DNA from: a bacterium
GTDB lineage: Bacteria > Bacteroidota > Bacteroidia > Sphingobacteriales > Sphingobacteriaceae
NCBI GenBank assembly: GCA_031412335.1
Contig: JANOCT010000043.1
Coordinates: 39,720 to 103,719, forward strand
Direction of reading: 5' to 3'
Length of the DNA: 64,000 bases
This document shows, one piece after another, positions 29,695 to 38,267 of this stretch. How positions within the stretch are numbered: position 1 is the first letter of the stretch; each line of letters opens with the position of its first letter. The notes under the pieces are model-generated. The model saw only the letters and a program-made list of their open reading frames with translations, was not told where the DNA came from and did not search any database. The position numbers and the translations under genes are program-made.

Positions 29695-31079
29695 TGAAAA
29701 GAATTAGCTATTTGTTCGTTTTAATAACCTGTATTTGCTTAGGTACTAATTTATCTGCTCAGGTTAAAAAAAAGGTAATACCACCTAAAACCCGTATTTT
29801 ATTTTTATTGGATTGCTCTGGCAGTATGCTTACTTCGTTTGATAACAGCAACCGGATGAATGTGGCAAAAAAAGTAATGTACAGCATTATTGATTCGTTG
29901 GAAAATTATCCTGAAGTTGAAATCGGATTGAGGTTGTTTGGCAGCCAATCCTCTTTAAGTGCTAATGATTGTAAAGACTCCAAGTTAGAAGTACCTGTAA
30001 AGATTAAAAACCATGCTTTAATTAAAGAAAAAATAGAAGATATAAATCCAAAAGGAATTACTCCGATTGCGTGGTCGCTATTACAAAGTGCTGATGATTT
30101 TCCATATACAACATCAGATAAAAGAAATATATTAATTTTAATAACGGATGGTATTGAATCATGCGGTGGAGATCCATGTGCAGTATCGCTAAAAATGCAA
30201 AAACAAGGTTTAATTTTAAAGCCATTTATTATTGGATTAGGATCTACTCCTGAATTTGAAAAGGCATTTAGTTGCATGGGGAAATATTATGATGCAACCA
30301 ACGAGAAAGCATTTAAAAAAATTCTGGAGAATGTTGTAAATCAAGTGATAAGCTCTACTACCGTGCAGGTAAATTTATTAGATATAAACGATAAACCAAC
30401 CGAAACAAATGTTGGAATTACCTTAGAAGATGCAGTTACTGGAAAAGTTAAATATAATTTTATACATACCTTAAATGCTCGCGGAGTGCCAGATACCATG
30501 GTTATTGATCAGGTAAATACCTACAATTTGCTGGTACATACCACACCACAAGTCGAAAAGAGAAAATTTGATTTGGAACCTGGGGTACATAATATAATTT
30601 CGGTCAATGCTGCTCAAGGCTTCCTTACTTTCAATATTCCAGGTGCTGATTCCAGAAAAATACAAGCAATAGTTTATGACCAAAGTGGCAAGAAATTTAT
30701 TAGCACCTTAGAAGAATCTTCACCATCAAAATTACTGCTTGGGAAATATAAAGTCGAGGTACTTACCTTACCAAAAACTACAGTCGACAATGTTGAAATT
30801 TCGCAAAGCAAAACAACTACACTCACCATACCAACCTCTGGACTTCTCACTGTTTTAAATACAGATGCAGTGCCCGTTTTCGCTAGTATTTATGAAGAAA
30901 ACGGCCGCGAATTAAATTGGGTGGCAGATTTAACAGGAAACATTACTACCGAAACTTTTGCTTTGCAACCTGGCAAATACCGCTTGGTTTATAGGAACCG
31001 CGCTGCTAAAAAATCAGATTCAACCAAAGAATTTTCATTCGGAATTATTTCAGGAAAATCAATTTCTTTTAAATTGTAA
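29694..31079 (+). CDS. Secreted vWA domain protein, paralog 2
   Basis: Collinear with paralog 1 (LLDCSGSM, GITPIAWSL, ILITDGIESCGGDPC, VLTLPKTTVDNVEISQSK). The ATG at 29694 overlaps the upstream TGA (TGATG); the track start at 29691 is a TTG. Confidence 0.8.
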   Translation: MKRISYLFVLITCICLGTNLSAQVKKKVIPPKTRILFLLDCSGSMLTSFDNSNRMNVAKKVMYSIIDSLENYPEVEIGLRLFGSQSSLSANDCKDSKLEVPVKIKNHALIKEKIEDINPKGITPIAWSLLQSADDFPYTTSDKRNILILITDGIESCGGDPCAVSLKMQKQGLILKPFIIGLGSTPEFEKAFSCMGKYYDATNEKAFKKILENVVNQVISSTTVQVNLLDINDKPTETNVGITLEDAVTGKVKYNFIHTLNARGVPDTMVIDQVNTYNLLVHTTPQVEKRKFDLEPGVHNIISVNAAQGFLTFNIPGADSRKIQAIVYDQSGKKFISTLEESSPSKLLLGKYKVEVLTLPKTTVDNVEISQSKTTTLTIPTSGLLTVLNTDAVPVFASIYEENGRELNWVADLTGNITTETFALQPGKYRLVYRNRAAKKSDSTKEFSFGIISGKSISFKL

Positions 31080-31096
31080 TTATCTTATTTGGATTA

Positions 31097-31451
31097 TTAA
31101 TAGTTTTGAATCAATACATTAGTTGGGATATTTAACCTTTCATGAATTTGTCTGATCATTGCCAATGATAATTTCCTTTTTCGATTTAAAATTTCACTTG
31201 CTCTACTTTTTAGTCCTACAATGTTTGCTAAATCATTTTGTGTAACCCATTTGTTCCATACGAAATTTAATTGCCTCAATCGGATCTGGCAAACCAATAG
31301 GAAAATGCTCATTTTCGTATTGATTAATTAATATTGCTAAAACTTCTAATTCATCACCTTCAGAAGTTCCGGCTTTTGCATCAAAAATTATTTCTAATCT
31401 TTTTAGTGCTTCATTGTAATCAAGCTCTGATTTTATAGGCTTTATTTCCAT
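31097..31451 (-). pseudogene. Frameshifted HigA-like (XRE-type HTH) antitoxin gene
   Basis: ORF 31233-31451 gives MEIKPIKSELDYNEALKRLEIIFDA..GDELEVLAILINQYENEHFPIGLPDPIEAIKFRMEQMGYTK*. The other frame continues TQNDLANIVGLKSRASEILNRKRKLSLAMIRQIHERLNIPTNVLI. Together they form one HigA-type protein, broken near 31240-31250. Confidence 0.7.
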
Positions 31452-31610
31452 ATTTATATTTTTGCAATATTATTTAATTCTTTTGATAACTACTTAAAGA
31501 ACAAACGGTATTATGTCTTTTAATAGATTTATTATAAAGAGTTTAATAAAAAATAAATTAAATAATAATACTCCTTATGTAGTTTAATTCAATAAAAAAT
31601 AATTTAACAT

Positions 31611-31760
31611 CAGAGCGATAAGGCTTAGGGATAGTAGCGGTCTAGTCATTTCTGACGAGATCTTTTAAAAAACATTTAAATAAAGATTCTTCGTTTCTCT
31701 CAGAATGGCAAAAAGCGGAAAGCCCGACCCGTTTTTCATCTCGTCAGAAATGACGAGACC
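31611..31760 (-). repeat. Structured intergenic repeat, copy B (inverted relative to A and C)
   Basis: Its reverse complement aligns with copy A module by module (gacgagat..cgggctttccgc..tttttgc...cgctactatccctaagcc..tcgctctg). It contains a perfect 17-bp inverted repeat gtcatttctgacgagat (31645-31661) / atctcgtcagaaatgac (31738-31754). Confidence 0.55.
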
Positions 31761-31865
31761 TAATAATTTAAAAAATATTGTATTTCAATTAAAATTAGCA
31801 ATACAAAACTAAAAAAGAAAAAAAACACAAACTTCGAGTTTATCATCCCCTTTCAAATTTTCTTC

Positions 31866-31873
31866 TACTTTTG
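31866..31873 (+). promoter_or_regulatory. -7 promoter box TACTTTTG upstream of the transketolase C-terminal subunit gene
   Basis: tacttttg lies 17 nt before the ATG at 31890. Confidence 0.4.
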
Positions 31874-31889
31874 CAATCAAATAAATTGA

Positions 31890-32843
31890 ATGAAAAAATA
31901 TACGTTTAGTGAGAAAAAGGATACCCGTTCTGGATTTGGAGCTGGATTATCAGAGTTAGGCAAAAGCAATGAAAACGTAGTGGCACTTTGCGCCGATTTG
32001 ACCGGTTCGTTGAAAATGGATGCATTTGCAAAAGAACACCCTGAACGATTTGTACAAGTTGGTATTGCAGAAGCTAATATGATGGGACTTGCCGCTGGCT
32101 TTGCAACCGCAGGTAAAATACCTTTCACTGGAACGTTTGCCAACTTTTCAACTGGTAGAGTATATGATCAAATCCGTCAATCTATAGCTTACTCGAATAA
32201 AAACGTAAAAATTTGTGCATCACATGCCGGATTATCTTTGGGAGAAGATGGAGCAACACATCAAATTCTGGAAGATTTGGGCATGATGAAAATGCTGCCA
32301 AACATGGTGGTTATTAATCCTTGCGATTACAACCAAACTAAAGCAGCAACTATTGCCATTGCTGATTATGTTGGTCCAGTTTATTTACGTTTCGGTCGGC
32401 CAGCAGTACCTAACTTTACCCCTGCCGATCAGATTTTTGAAATCGGAAAAGCAGTTTTATTAAATGAAGGAAAAGATGTGAGCATTTTTGCAACTGGCCA
32501 TTTGGTTTGGCAAGCCATAGAAGCTGGCCAAATGCTTGCAGAATTAGGCATTAGTGCAGAAATAATTAATATTCATACAATTAAACCTCTGGATGAAAAA
32601 GCCGTCCTACAATCGGTAAAAAAAACAAGATGTGTGGTAACAGCCGAAGAACATCAAATGAATGGAGGATTGGGCGATAGTATTGCTCAACTTTTAGCCA
32701 GAAACAATCCTACACCTATTGAATATGTTGGGGTGAATGATAGTTTTGGTGAAAGTGGCACTCCTGACCAATTGATGACAAAATACGGATTGGATGCAGC
32801 ACATATTGTAAATGCTGTACATAAAGTACTTGGCAGAAAATAA
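31890..32843 (+). CDS. Transketolase, C-terminal (pyrimidine-binding) subunit
   Basis: 317 aa. ERFVQVGIAEANMMGLAAG, GEDGATHQ, and a C-terminal transketolase domain. Confidence 0.9.
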   Translation: MKKYTFSEKKDTRSGFGAGLSELGKSNENVVALCADLTGSLKMDAFAKEHPERFVQVGIAEANMMGLAAGFATAGKIPFTGTFANFSTGRVYDQIRQSIAYSNKNVKICASHAGLSLGEDGATHQILEDLGMMKMLPNMVVINPCDYNQTKAATIAIADYVGPVYLRFGRPAVPNFTPADQIFEIGKAVLLNEGKDVSIFATGHLVWQAIEAGQMLAELGISAEIINIHTIKPLDEKAVLQSVKKTRCVVTAEEHQMNGGLGDSIAQLLARNNPTPIEYVGVNDSFGESGTPDQLMTKYGLDAAHIVNAVHKVLGRK

Positions 32844-32891
32844 TTTTTTACTGAGTAAAGAGTAATAAGTACATCATAACTTTTTAAACTT

Positions 32892-33437
32892 TTGCATCAG
32901 GAAGACGCAGCCATTCTGGCTAATTTTAAAAATCAAAATACCCGGAATCAGGCTTTTGATAGTCTGCTGAAAAAGTATCAGCAGCGCGTTTACTGGCATG
33001 TGAGGCGTATGGTATTGGATCATGATGATGCTAATGATCTGGTGCAGGATGTATTTATTAAAGTGTGGAAAAATCTGGATAATTTCAGGGAAGATTCAAA
33101 ACTATATACTTGGCTTTATAGAATTGCAAGCAATGAATGTATTACTTTTTTAAACCGAAAAAAACTTCGTCCGACTGTTTCTTTTGATGATGTAAGCCAT
33201 GATCTTGCTGATAAATTAGTAGATGGAGCTTATCTGGATGGTAATAAAATTCAACTAGCGTTACAAAAAGCCATATTAACACTGCCCGACAAGCAGCGTT
33301 TAGTTTTCAACATGAAATATTTTGAAGAAATGAAATATGAAGAAATTTCAGAAGTAGTAGGCACTAGCGTTGGCGCTTTAAAAGCATCATACCACTTTGC
33401 AGTGAAAAAAATTGAAAAATTATTAAAGGAAGATTAA
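32892..33437 (+). CDS. ECF-type RNA polymerase sigma-70 family factor
   Basis: Region 2 (DANDLVQDVFIKVW...WLYRIASNECI) and region 4 (LPDKQRLVFNMKYFEEMKYEEISEVVGTSVGALKASYHFAVKKI). TTG start as given by the track. Confidence 0.85.
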   Translation: MHQEDAAILANFKNQNTRNQAFDSLLKKYQQRVYWHVRRMVLDHDDANDLVQDVFIKVWKNLDNFREDSKLYTWLYRIASNECITFLNRKKLRPTVSFDDVSHDLADKLVDGAYLDGNKIQLALQKAILTLPDKQRLVFNMKYFEEMKYEEISEVVGTSVGALKASYHFAVKKIEKLLKED

Positions 33438-33470
33438 ACCAATTCAAATAAAAAGTATCGTAATAATATT

Positions 33471-33917
33471 ATGCAATCACATTTAACACCAAACGACGAC
33501 GAAGAATACCTGCCAGATTTTGGTAATGCCGATAAAAGTAATCCATTTGTAGTACCTGAAAATTATTTTTCAACATTACGAATTGATACACTTAAAAAAA
33601 TTGAAGGCATTGCTAAGCAAACGGAAGTTCAAACTTTTACTTTCTCAAAATATGCGAGAATTGCCGCTTTAGTTTGCTTATTTATTTTAGGTGGTGCTTC
33701 TATTTTTATCATTAGCAAACAAAACTCTACTCTTGATTTTAAACAGGCTTCAATTAGTTTTGATGATATACCGACTGAAGATTTTGATAATCGCTTACTA
33801 GAAGAAACCTATACCTCTATTTATTTAGCATCTGAAAAAACAGGTGATAATTTAACTGAAGAAGAATTAATTCTTCTTGATTTTATTGATGAAAAAACGT
33901 TGACTGAACAATTATGA
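33471..33917 (+). CDS. Single-pass membrane protein, possible anti-sigma factor
   Basis: 148 aa with one TM segment (IAALVCLFILGGASIFIIS). The call rests on position after the ECF sigma gene only. Confidence 0.35.
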   Translation: MQSHLTPNDDEEYLPDFGNADKSNPFVVPENYFSTLRIDTLKKIEGIAKQTEVQTFTFSKYARIAALVCLFILGGASIFIISKQNSTLDFKQASISFDDIPTEDFDNRLLEETYTSIYLASEKTGDNLTEEELILLDFIDEKTLTEQL

Positions 33918-34354
33918 AAAAAATATTAATAACATTTTTACTGCTGTTTTTAATGAGGGGATTAACTTCTGCTCAAACAAACCGAATAGGTGAAAATATC
34001 GAAAATTTTAAAATTGCCTATTTTACTAGACAGTTAGAGCTAAGTAGTGATGAAGCTAAAACCTTTTGGCCTGTTTATAATGATTTTCAACGTGAACTTG
34101 AACTCATCCGAAAAGACCGCAGATTTGGAATTAGGGATGCGAAAGAAAATATGGATGATTTAAAAGATAAAGAAATTGAATTGGTGGTAGACAATGAAAT
34201 CTTATTCAGACAAAAAGAATTAGACATTGAAAAAAAGTATCATAGCCGCTTCAAATCGATATTACCAATAAGAAAAGTCGCAAAACTATACGCTGCAGAG
34301 CAGAGCTACAAAAGAGCTTTATTAAAAAAGATACAGGAAAGTAGAAAAAACTAA
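33914..34354 (+). CDS. Small periplasmic helical protein (Spy/CpxP-like)
   Basis: Signal peptide. The LELSSDEAKTFWPVYNDFQRELE motif resembles periplasmic Spy/CpxP-like proteins that follow ECF sigma pairs in Bacteroidota. 4-nt overlap with the upstream gene. Confidence 0.4.
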   Translation: MKKILITFLLLFLMRGLTSAQTNRIGENIENFKIAYFTRQLELSSDEAKTFWPVYNDFQRELELIRKDRRFGIRDAKENMDDLKDKEIELVVDNEILFRQKELDIEKKYHSRFKSILPIRKVAKLYAAEQSYKRALLKKIQESRKN

Positions 34355-34374
34355 TTGTGGTTTGAGTTGGTTTT

Positions 34375-34411
34375 AGGCTTGCAGATAGTGGTTTCTGCAA
34401 GCCTTTTTTTA
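34375..34411 (+). terminator. Rho-independent terminator of the ECF sigma operon
   Basis: aggcttgcag (34375-84) / ctgcaagcct (34395-404), a 10-bp stem followed by T7. Confidence 0.75.
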
Positions 34412-34422
34412 TTTTTACACCA

Positions 34423-35631
34423 ATGAAAACCCTTCGCCAATTATTTCTGGAGCATAACGCCCAAACAACCGACTTTCCGCTTATGCTTGAAATTGCAAAA
34501 GCTGAAGGCATATACCTTTATGATCAGGAAGGTAAAAAATACTTCGATCTGATTTCTGGAATTGGGGTAAGTAATATTGGACATAGCAACCCAAAAGTAA
34601 TAGATGCCATAAGCAAACAAGCGGCAGATTATATGCACTTGATGGTTTATGGAGAATATATACAAACACCACAAGTTCGCTATGCAGAAGCATTAGCTAA
34701 ATTTTTACCCGAAAGTTTAAATGCTATATATTTCCTAAACTCAGGTTCGGAAGCCATAGAAGGCGCAATGAAACTGGCTAAAAGAGTAACCGGAAGAACA
34801 GAAATTATTGCCTGCAAAAACTCCTACCATGGCAGCAGCCAAGGCTCATTGAGTATCATGGGAAATGAAGAATACAAGATGGCATATCGCCCCTTACTCC
34901 CAGATATTTCTTTCATCCGCTACAATGAGATAGAAGATATTTCATTAATTACCAGCCTAACTGCCGCAGTATTTATTGAAACCATACAAGGGGAATCGGG
35001 TGTTACCATCCCCACTAAAGAATATTTACAAGCCTTACGAAAGCGCTGTGATGAAACCTGTACTTTATTAGTTTTTGACGAAATACAATGTGCTTTTGGT
35101 CGCACCGGAAAGTTATTTGCTTTTGAAAACTTTGATGTAATTCCAGATGTGTTGGTACTGGCAAAAGCGCTGGGTGGTGGAATGCCTTTAGGTGCATTTT
35201 GTGCTTCAAGCAAATTAATATCGGTATTAAAAGAAAATCCAATATTAGGTCACATCTCCACTTTTGGTGGTCACCCAGTTTGTTGTGCTGCTGGCTTAGC
35301 CGCATTTACTTTTTTAACTGAAAATAAATTGCCCCAATCTGTCGCACGGAAATCTGAATTATTCAAAGAATTATTAGTTCACCCACTCATCAGCGAATTT
35401 AGAGGAATTGGCCTAATGATGGCACTCCAACTCCCTGATTTTGAAACACTCAAGAACGTTATTGATCGCAGCATACAAAAAGGAGTAATCACAGATTGGT
35501 TTCTGCACAATAACAATAGCATGAGATTGGCTCCACCATTAATTATAACAGAAGATGAGATAAGGGAGGCTTGTGGGGTGATATTGGATGGGTTGGATGA
35601 GAAGGAAACTAATAGATTAACTTTTAAATAA
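34423..35631 (+). CDS. Class-III PLP-dependent aminotransferase (acetylornithine/ornithine aminotransferase-like)
   Basis: SGSEAIEGAMKLAK, DEIQCAFGRTGKLFAFE, PLP-lysine context VLAKALGGGMPLGAF. Confidence 0.9.
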   Translation: MKTLRQLFLEHNAQTTDFPLMLEIAKAEGIYLYDQEGKKYFDLISGIGVSNIGHSNPKVIDAISKQAADYMHLMVYGEYIQTPQVRYAEALAKFLPESLNAIYFLNSGSEAIEGAMKLAKRVTGRTEIIACKNSYHGSSQGSLSIMGNEEYKMAYRPLLPDISFIRYNEIEDISLITSLTAAVFIETIQGESGVTIPTKEYLQALRKRCDETCTLLVFDEIQCAFGRTGKLFAFENFDVIPDVLVLAKALGGGMPLGAFCASSKLISVLKENPILGHISTFGGHPVCCAAGLAAFTFLTENKLPQSVARKSELFKELLVHPLISEFRGIGLMMALQLPDFETLKNVIDRSIQKGVITDWFLHNNNSMRLAPPLIITEDEIREACGVILDGLDEKETNRLTFK

Positions 35632-35671
35632 AATTAAACGAGAATTGATATTAAAAAGAATTTGATTACTA

Positions 35672-36253
35672 ATGAACATACAAAATAAACTTAAAGACCT
35701 TAAGGACCAAAAAAGTTATAGTAGTCCAGCAAAAAGAGTTATGGAACATTTGCAACCTATCCTCAACAAATCAAACGACTTGCGACAAAGATGGATGTGG
35801 GAATTACTTCAAAATGCAAGTGACTTAGGAGACAATGTAAAAGCAAGGTTTGAAATAAATACTGATAAATTAAAATTCAGTCATAACGGAAAACCATTCA
35901 CTTTAATCGAAGCATATAATTTAATTATGCCGGACTCTAATAAAGATGATGAAGCTACACATAAGAAGAGTGTTATCGGACAGTTTGGAACAGGTTTTAT
36001 TTCAACACATATACTTTCCAAAATTATTCAGATCGAAGGAATAATAGAAGATGAAGAGCAACTTTACGGTTTCAACTTTCAACTTGACAGAAGCGAACGA
36101 AACGATAAAGACTTTCTAATTCAATCAATTAAAAACTCAGAAGCACAGTATTGGGAAAATCCTAAAGAAATTGACGAGCTTCCAGATGATGAATTTCAAA
36201 CTTCATTTACTTATTACATTGACAACACCTACTCATCTTTGATAGGGCAATAA
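35672..36253 (+). CDS. GHKL (sacsin/NO VEIN-like) ATPase domain; N-terminal fragment of an interrupted gene
   Basis: Bergerat-fold motifs: N-box WELLQNASD, SHNGKPF, G-box GQFGTGFIS. It ends at a TAA that is in frame with the next ORF. Confidence 0.7.
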   Translation: MNIQNKLKDLKDQKSYSSPAKRVMEHLQPILNKSNDLRQRWMWELLQNASDLGDNVKARFEINTDKLKFSHNGKPFTLIEAYNLIMPDSNKDDEATHKKSVIGQFGTGFISTHILSKIIQIEGIIEDEEQLYGFNFQLDRSERNDKDFLIQSIKNSEAQYWENPKEIDELPDDEFQTSFTYYIDNTYSSLIGQ

Positions 36254-36286
36254 ATCGTTGATGACGGAATTGAAAGTTTTATAGAA

Positions 36287-38131
36287 TTGATATCTTATGT
36301 TTTTGCCTTTAGGTCACAATTGTTAGAAATAGAAATAATTGATTATAGAATTGAAACTTCTAAATTAATGTTTAAAAGAGAAGAGTTGAAAAGTGAAATT
36401 CATAACAGTTTAATAATAATAAAAACTATTTGTTATAAAAACGACAAACATTTCGAAGATAAATTAATAGGAAATATTCTTGAAGGCGAAACTGAAATTG
36501 CTTTTCCAATCGAAGAAATAGAAGGAGGAAAATTTCTTCTTCTTCCTTTCCCTAAGAATTGTCCAAAGCTTTTTTGTGCGTTTCCTATGATAGGAACTAG
36601 TGAGTTCAATTTTCCAGTTGTACTTCATAGTGAAAAGTTTGTTCCAAACATAAATAGAGATGGAATTGAACTTTCAAAATTTGATAAAGAAAATAGGGAA
36701 AGGCTTTTGGAAGCAAAGAAAGCATTCAAAATCCTACTGGAAATTGTTGAGAAAAACCAATGGAAAGAAACCTACAATATTTGCAATATCACAAATCCTG
36801 ATATAAAAGAAATAGAGACAAAAGAATGGTTCATGAAAGAAGTATTTAATCCTATTAAGGAAGGTATTTTTAATACTAATTTGATTGAACTTGAGCCATC
36901 TTTAAATTTAAATATTCATAGGAAAGCCTTAAGTTCTATTTATATTCCATATGTAGAAAGAAAAATAAAAGAACCGCAAATTACTATTGAAATTATTTAC
37001 AATTTAGGATTTAAATTAATTCCTGAACAGCTTCCAAAGAAAGATCATATATTAAATTGGTATCAAATTATCAATTTTGAAATATTTAATGAAATTAAAT
37101 TAGATATTGACAAACTGTGTGAAATCGTTGCAAATCCAGAAAAAATAAGTAAACTTTCCATAAAGTATCTTTATGATCTTGTGACATTTATAATTTCAAA
37201 AGATAGAAAAGACCTATTAGATAAATACGGTTTGCTATCAAATCAAAAACTTCAATTAAAAAAAATAAAATTATTAAAGAATGACAGAACAAAACATAAA
37301 AGTTTAAAAGAAAGTGATAGTGAAAAGCTAAAAGATATTTATAATTCAATATCTGGCAAAGATTGTAGAGAAAATCTCCTTCATAAGGAATTCGAGACAA
37401 TAGAGAACATAATTGAGAATGATTGTAAATACGATTTTGAAGATCTTGCTAAAAACACTGACGAAGAGCTTAGAAATTATGAAGGGAACTTTCAAGATGA
37501 AGGATTCTTGTTAATATTAAAAGACCTTTTTAATTGGTTCACCACTTGCGAACTTTCAGAAGATACCTTAATAAATTTATTTCCATACTTCTCGCAAAAC
37601 AAAGCTCAATTATACTTAAATACAAAAACATCACAAGAACTGGAATATGCTTTTGACATTGAAATAAGTGGAAAAAGTGAGGTATTGGCAAAACTTGCTA
37701 AAAGTTCGCTTTCTATTTCAGATTTAGACATTATTGCTGAAAATTCTAGCTCATTTTTAGATTTTGTAAAGTTTCTTAACAGTAAACAAGAAGATAATCC
37801 AAATGAAGAATTGGGTCAAATTGGAGAAGAGTTTTTACATAATCATTTAATTCAGGTTTTTGGAAAAGATAAAGTACTATGGGAAAACACTTCGGAATAT
37901 GATTTTAGAATATTAGAGAACGATTTGATCAATACGAAATATTATATAGATGCAAAAACCACGGGAAAAGGAATTTCGAACAGTGATAATGTACCATTCT
38001 TTATGAGAATTGCACAATGGACTTTCTTAGATAAAAACGAAGCAAGTGATAAGTATATCATTGCAAGAATTTTTAAAAATGAAAATACAATTGATGTAAA
38101 ATATTTAAAATTAGATACCAAAATTTTATAG
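36287..38131 (+). CDS. C-terminal fragment of the same gene: long helical middle region plus a DUF3883 (NO VEIN C-terminal, PD-(D/E)xK-like) domain
   Basis: Same frame as 35672-36253 and open from 36254. The C-terminus GQIGEEFLHNHL...EYDFRILE...YYIDAKTT...FFMRIAQWTF...YIIARIF fits the DUF3883 pattern G..GE...YD[FI]...[IV][ED].K.T. Confidence 0.65.
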   Translation: MISYVFAFRSQLLEIEIIDYRIETSKLMFKREELKSEIHNSLIIIKTICYKNDKHFEDKLIGNILEGETEIAFPIEEIEGGKFLLLPFPKNCPKLFCAFPMIGTSEFNFPVVLHSEKFVPNINRDGIELSKFDKENRERLLEAKKAFKILLEIVEKNQWKETYNICNITNPDIKEIETKEWFMKEVFNPIKEGIFNTNLIELEPSLNLNIHRKALSSIYIPYVERKIKEPQITIEIIYNLGFKLIPEQLPKKDHILNWYQIINFEIFNEIKLDIDKLCEIVANPEKISKLSIKYLYDLVTFIISKDRKDLLDKYGLLSNQKLQLKKIKLLKNDRTKHKSLKESDSEKLKDIYNSISGKDCRENLLHKEFETIENIIENDCKYDFEDLAKNTDEELRNYEGNFQDEGFLLILKDLFNWFTTCELSEDTLINLFPYFSQNKAQLYLNTKTSQELEYAFDIEISGKSEVLAKLAKSSLSISDLDIIAENSSSFLDFVKFLNSKQEDNPNEELGQIGEEFLHNHLIQVFGKDKVLWENTSEYDFRILENDLINTKYYIDAKTTGKGISNSDNVPFFMRIAQWTFLDKNEASDKYIIARIFKNENTIDVKYLKLDTKIL

Positions 38132-38267
38132 AATTTTAGTATATTTTAATACACCTAAATAAAATTTTGAAAAAATATTTAAACTAATTTTAGCTCTTTC
38201 TTTTGCAAAACATGACTTATCCGAAATAATTATAATTAAAATGAATACCTAGATACTTATAATAACA

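Noticed and set aside
31452-31610. Searched for a HigB-type toxin remnant upstream of the decayed antitoxin
   Set aside because: All minus-strand frames are broken by multiple stops. I could recognise no HigB-like motif (such as GTH.EYD), so no feature is claimed.
31645-31754. Hammerhead-ribozyme-like CUGANGA (ctgacga) and GAAA strings in repeat copy B
   Set aside because: The strings are simply the two arms of a perfect palindrome. GAAA does not directly follow a stem II, and no three-way junction with the conserved core can be drawn.
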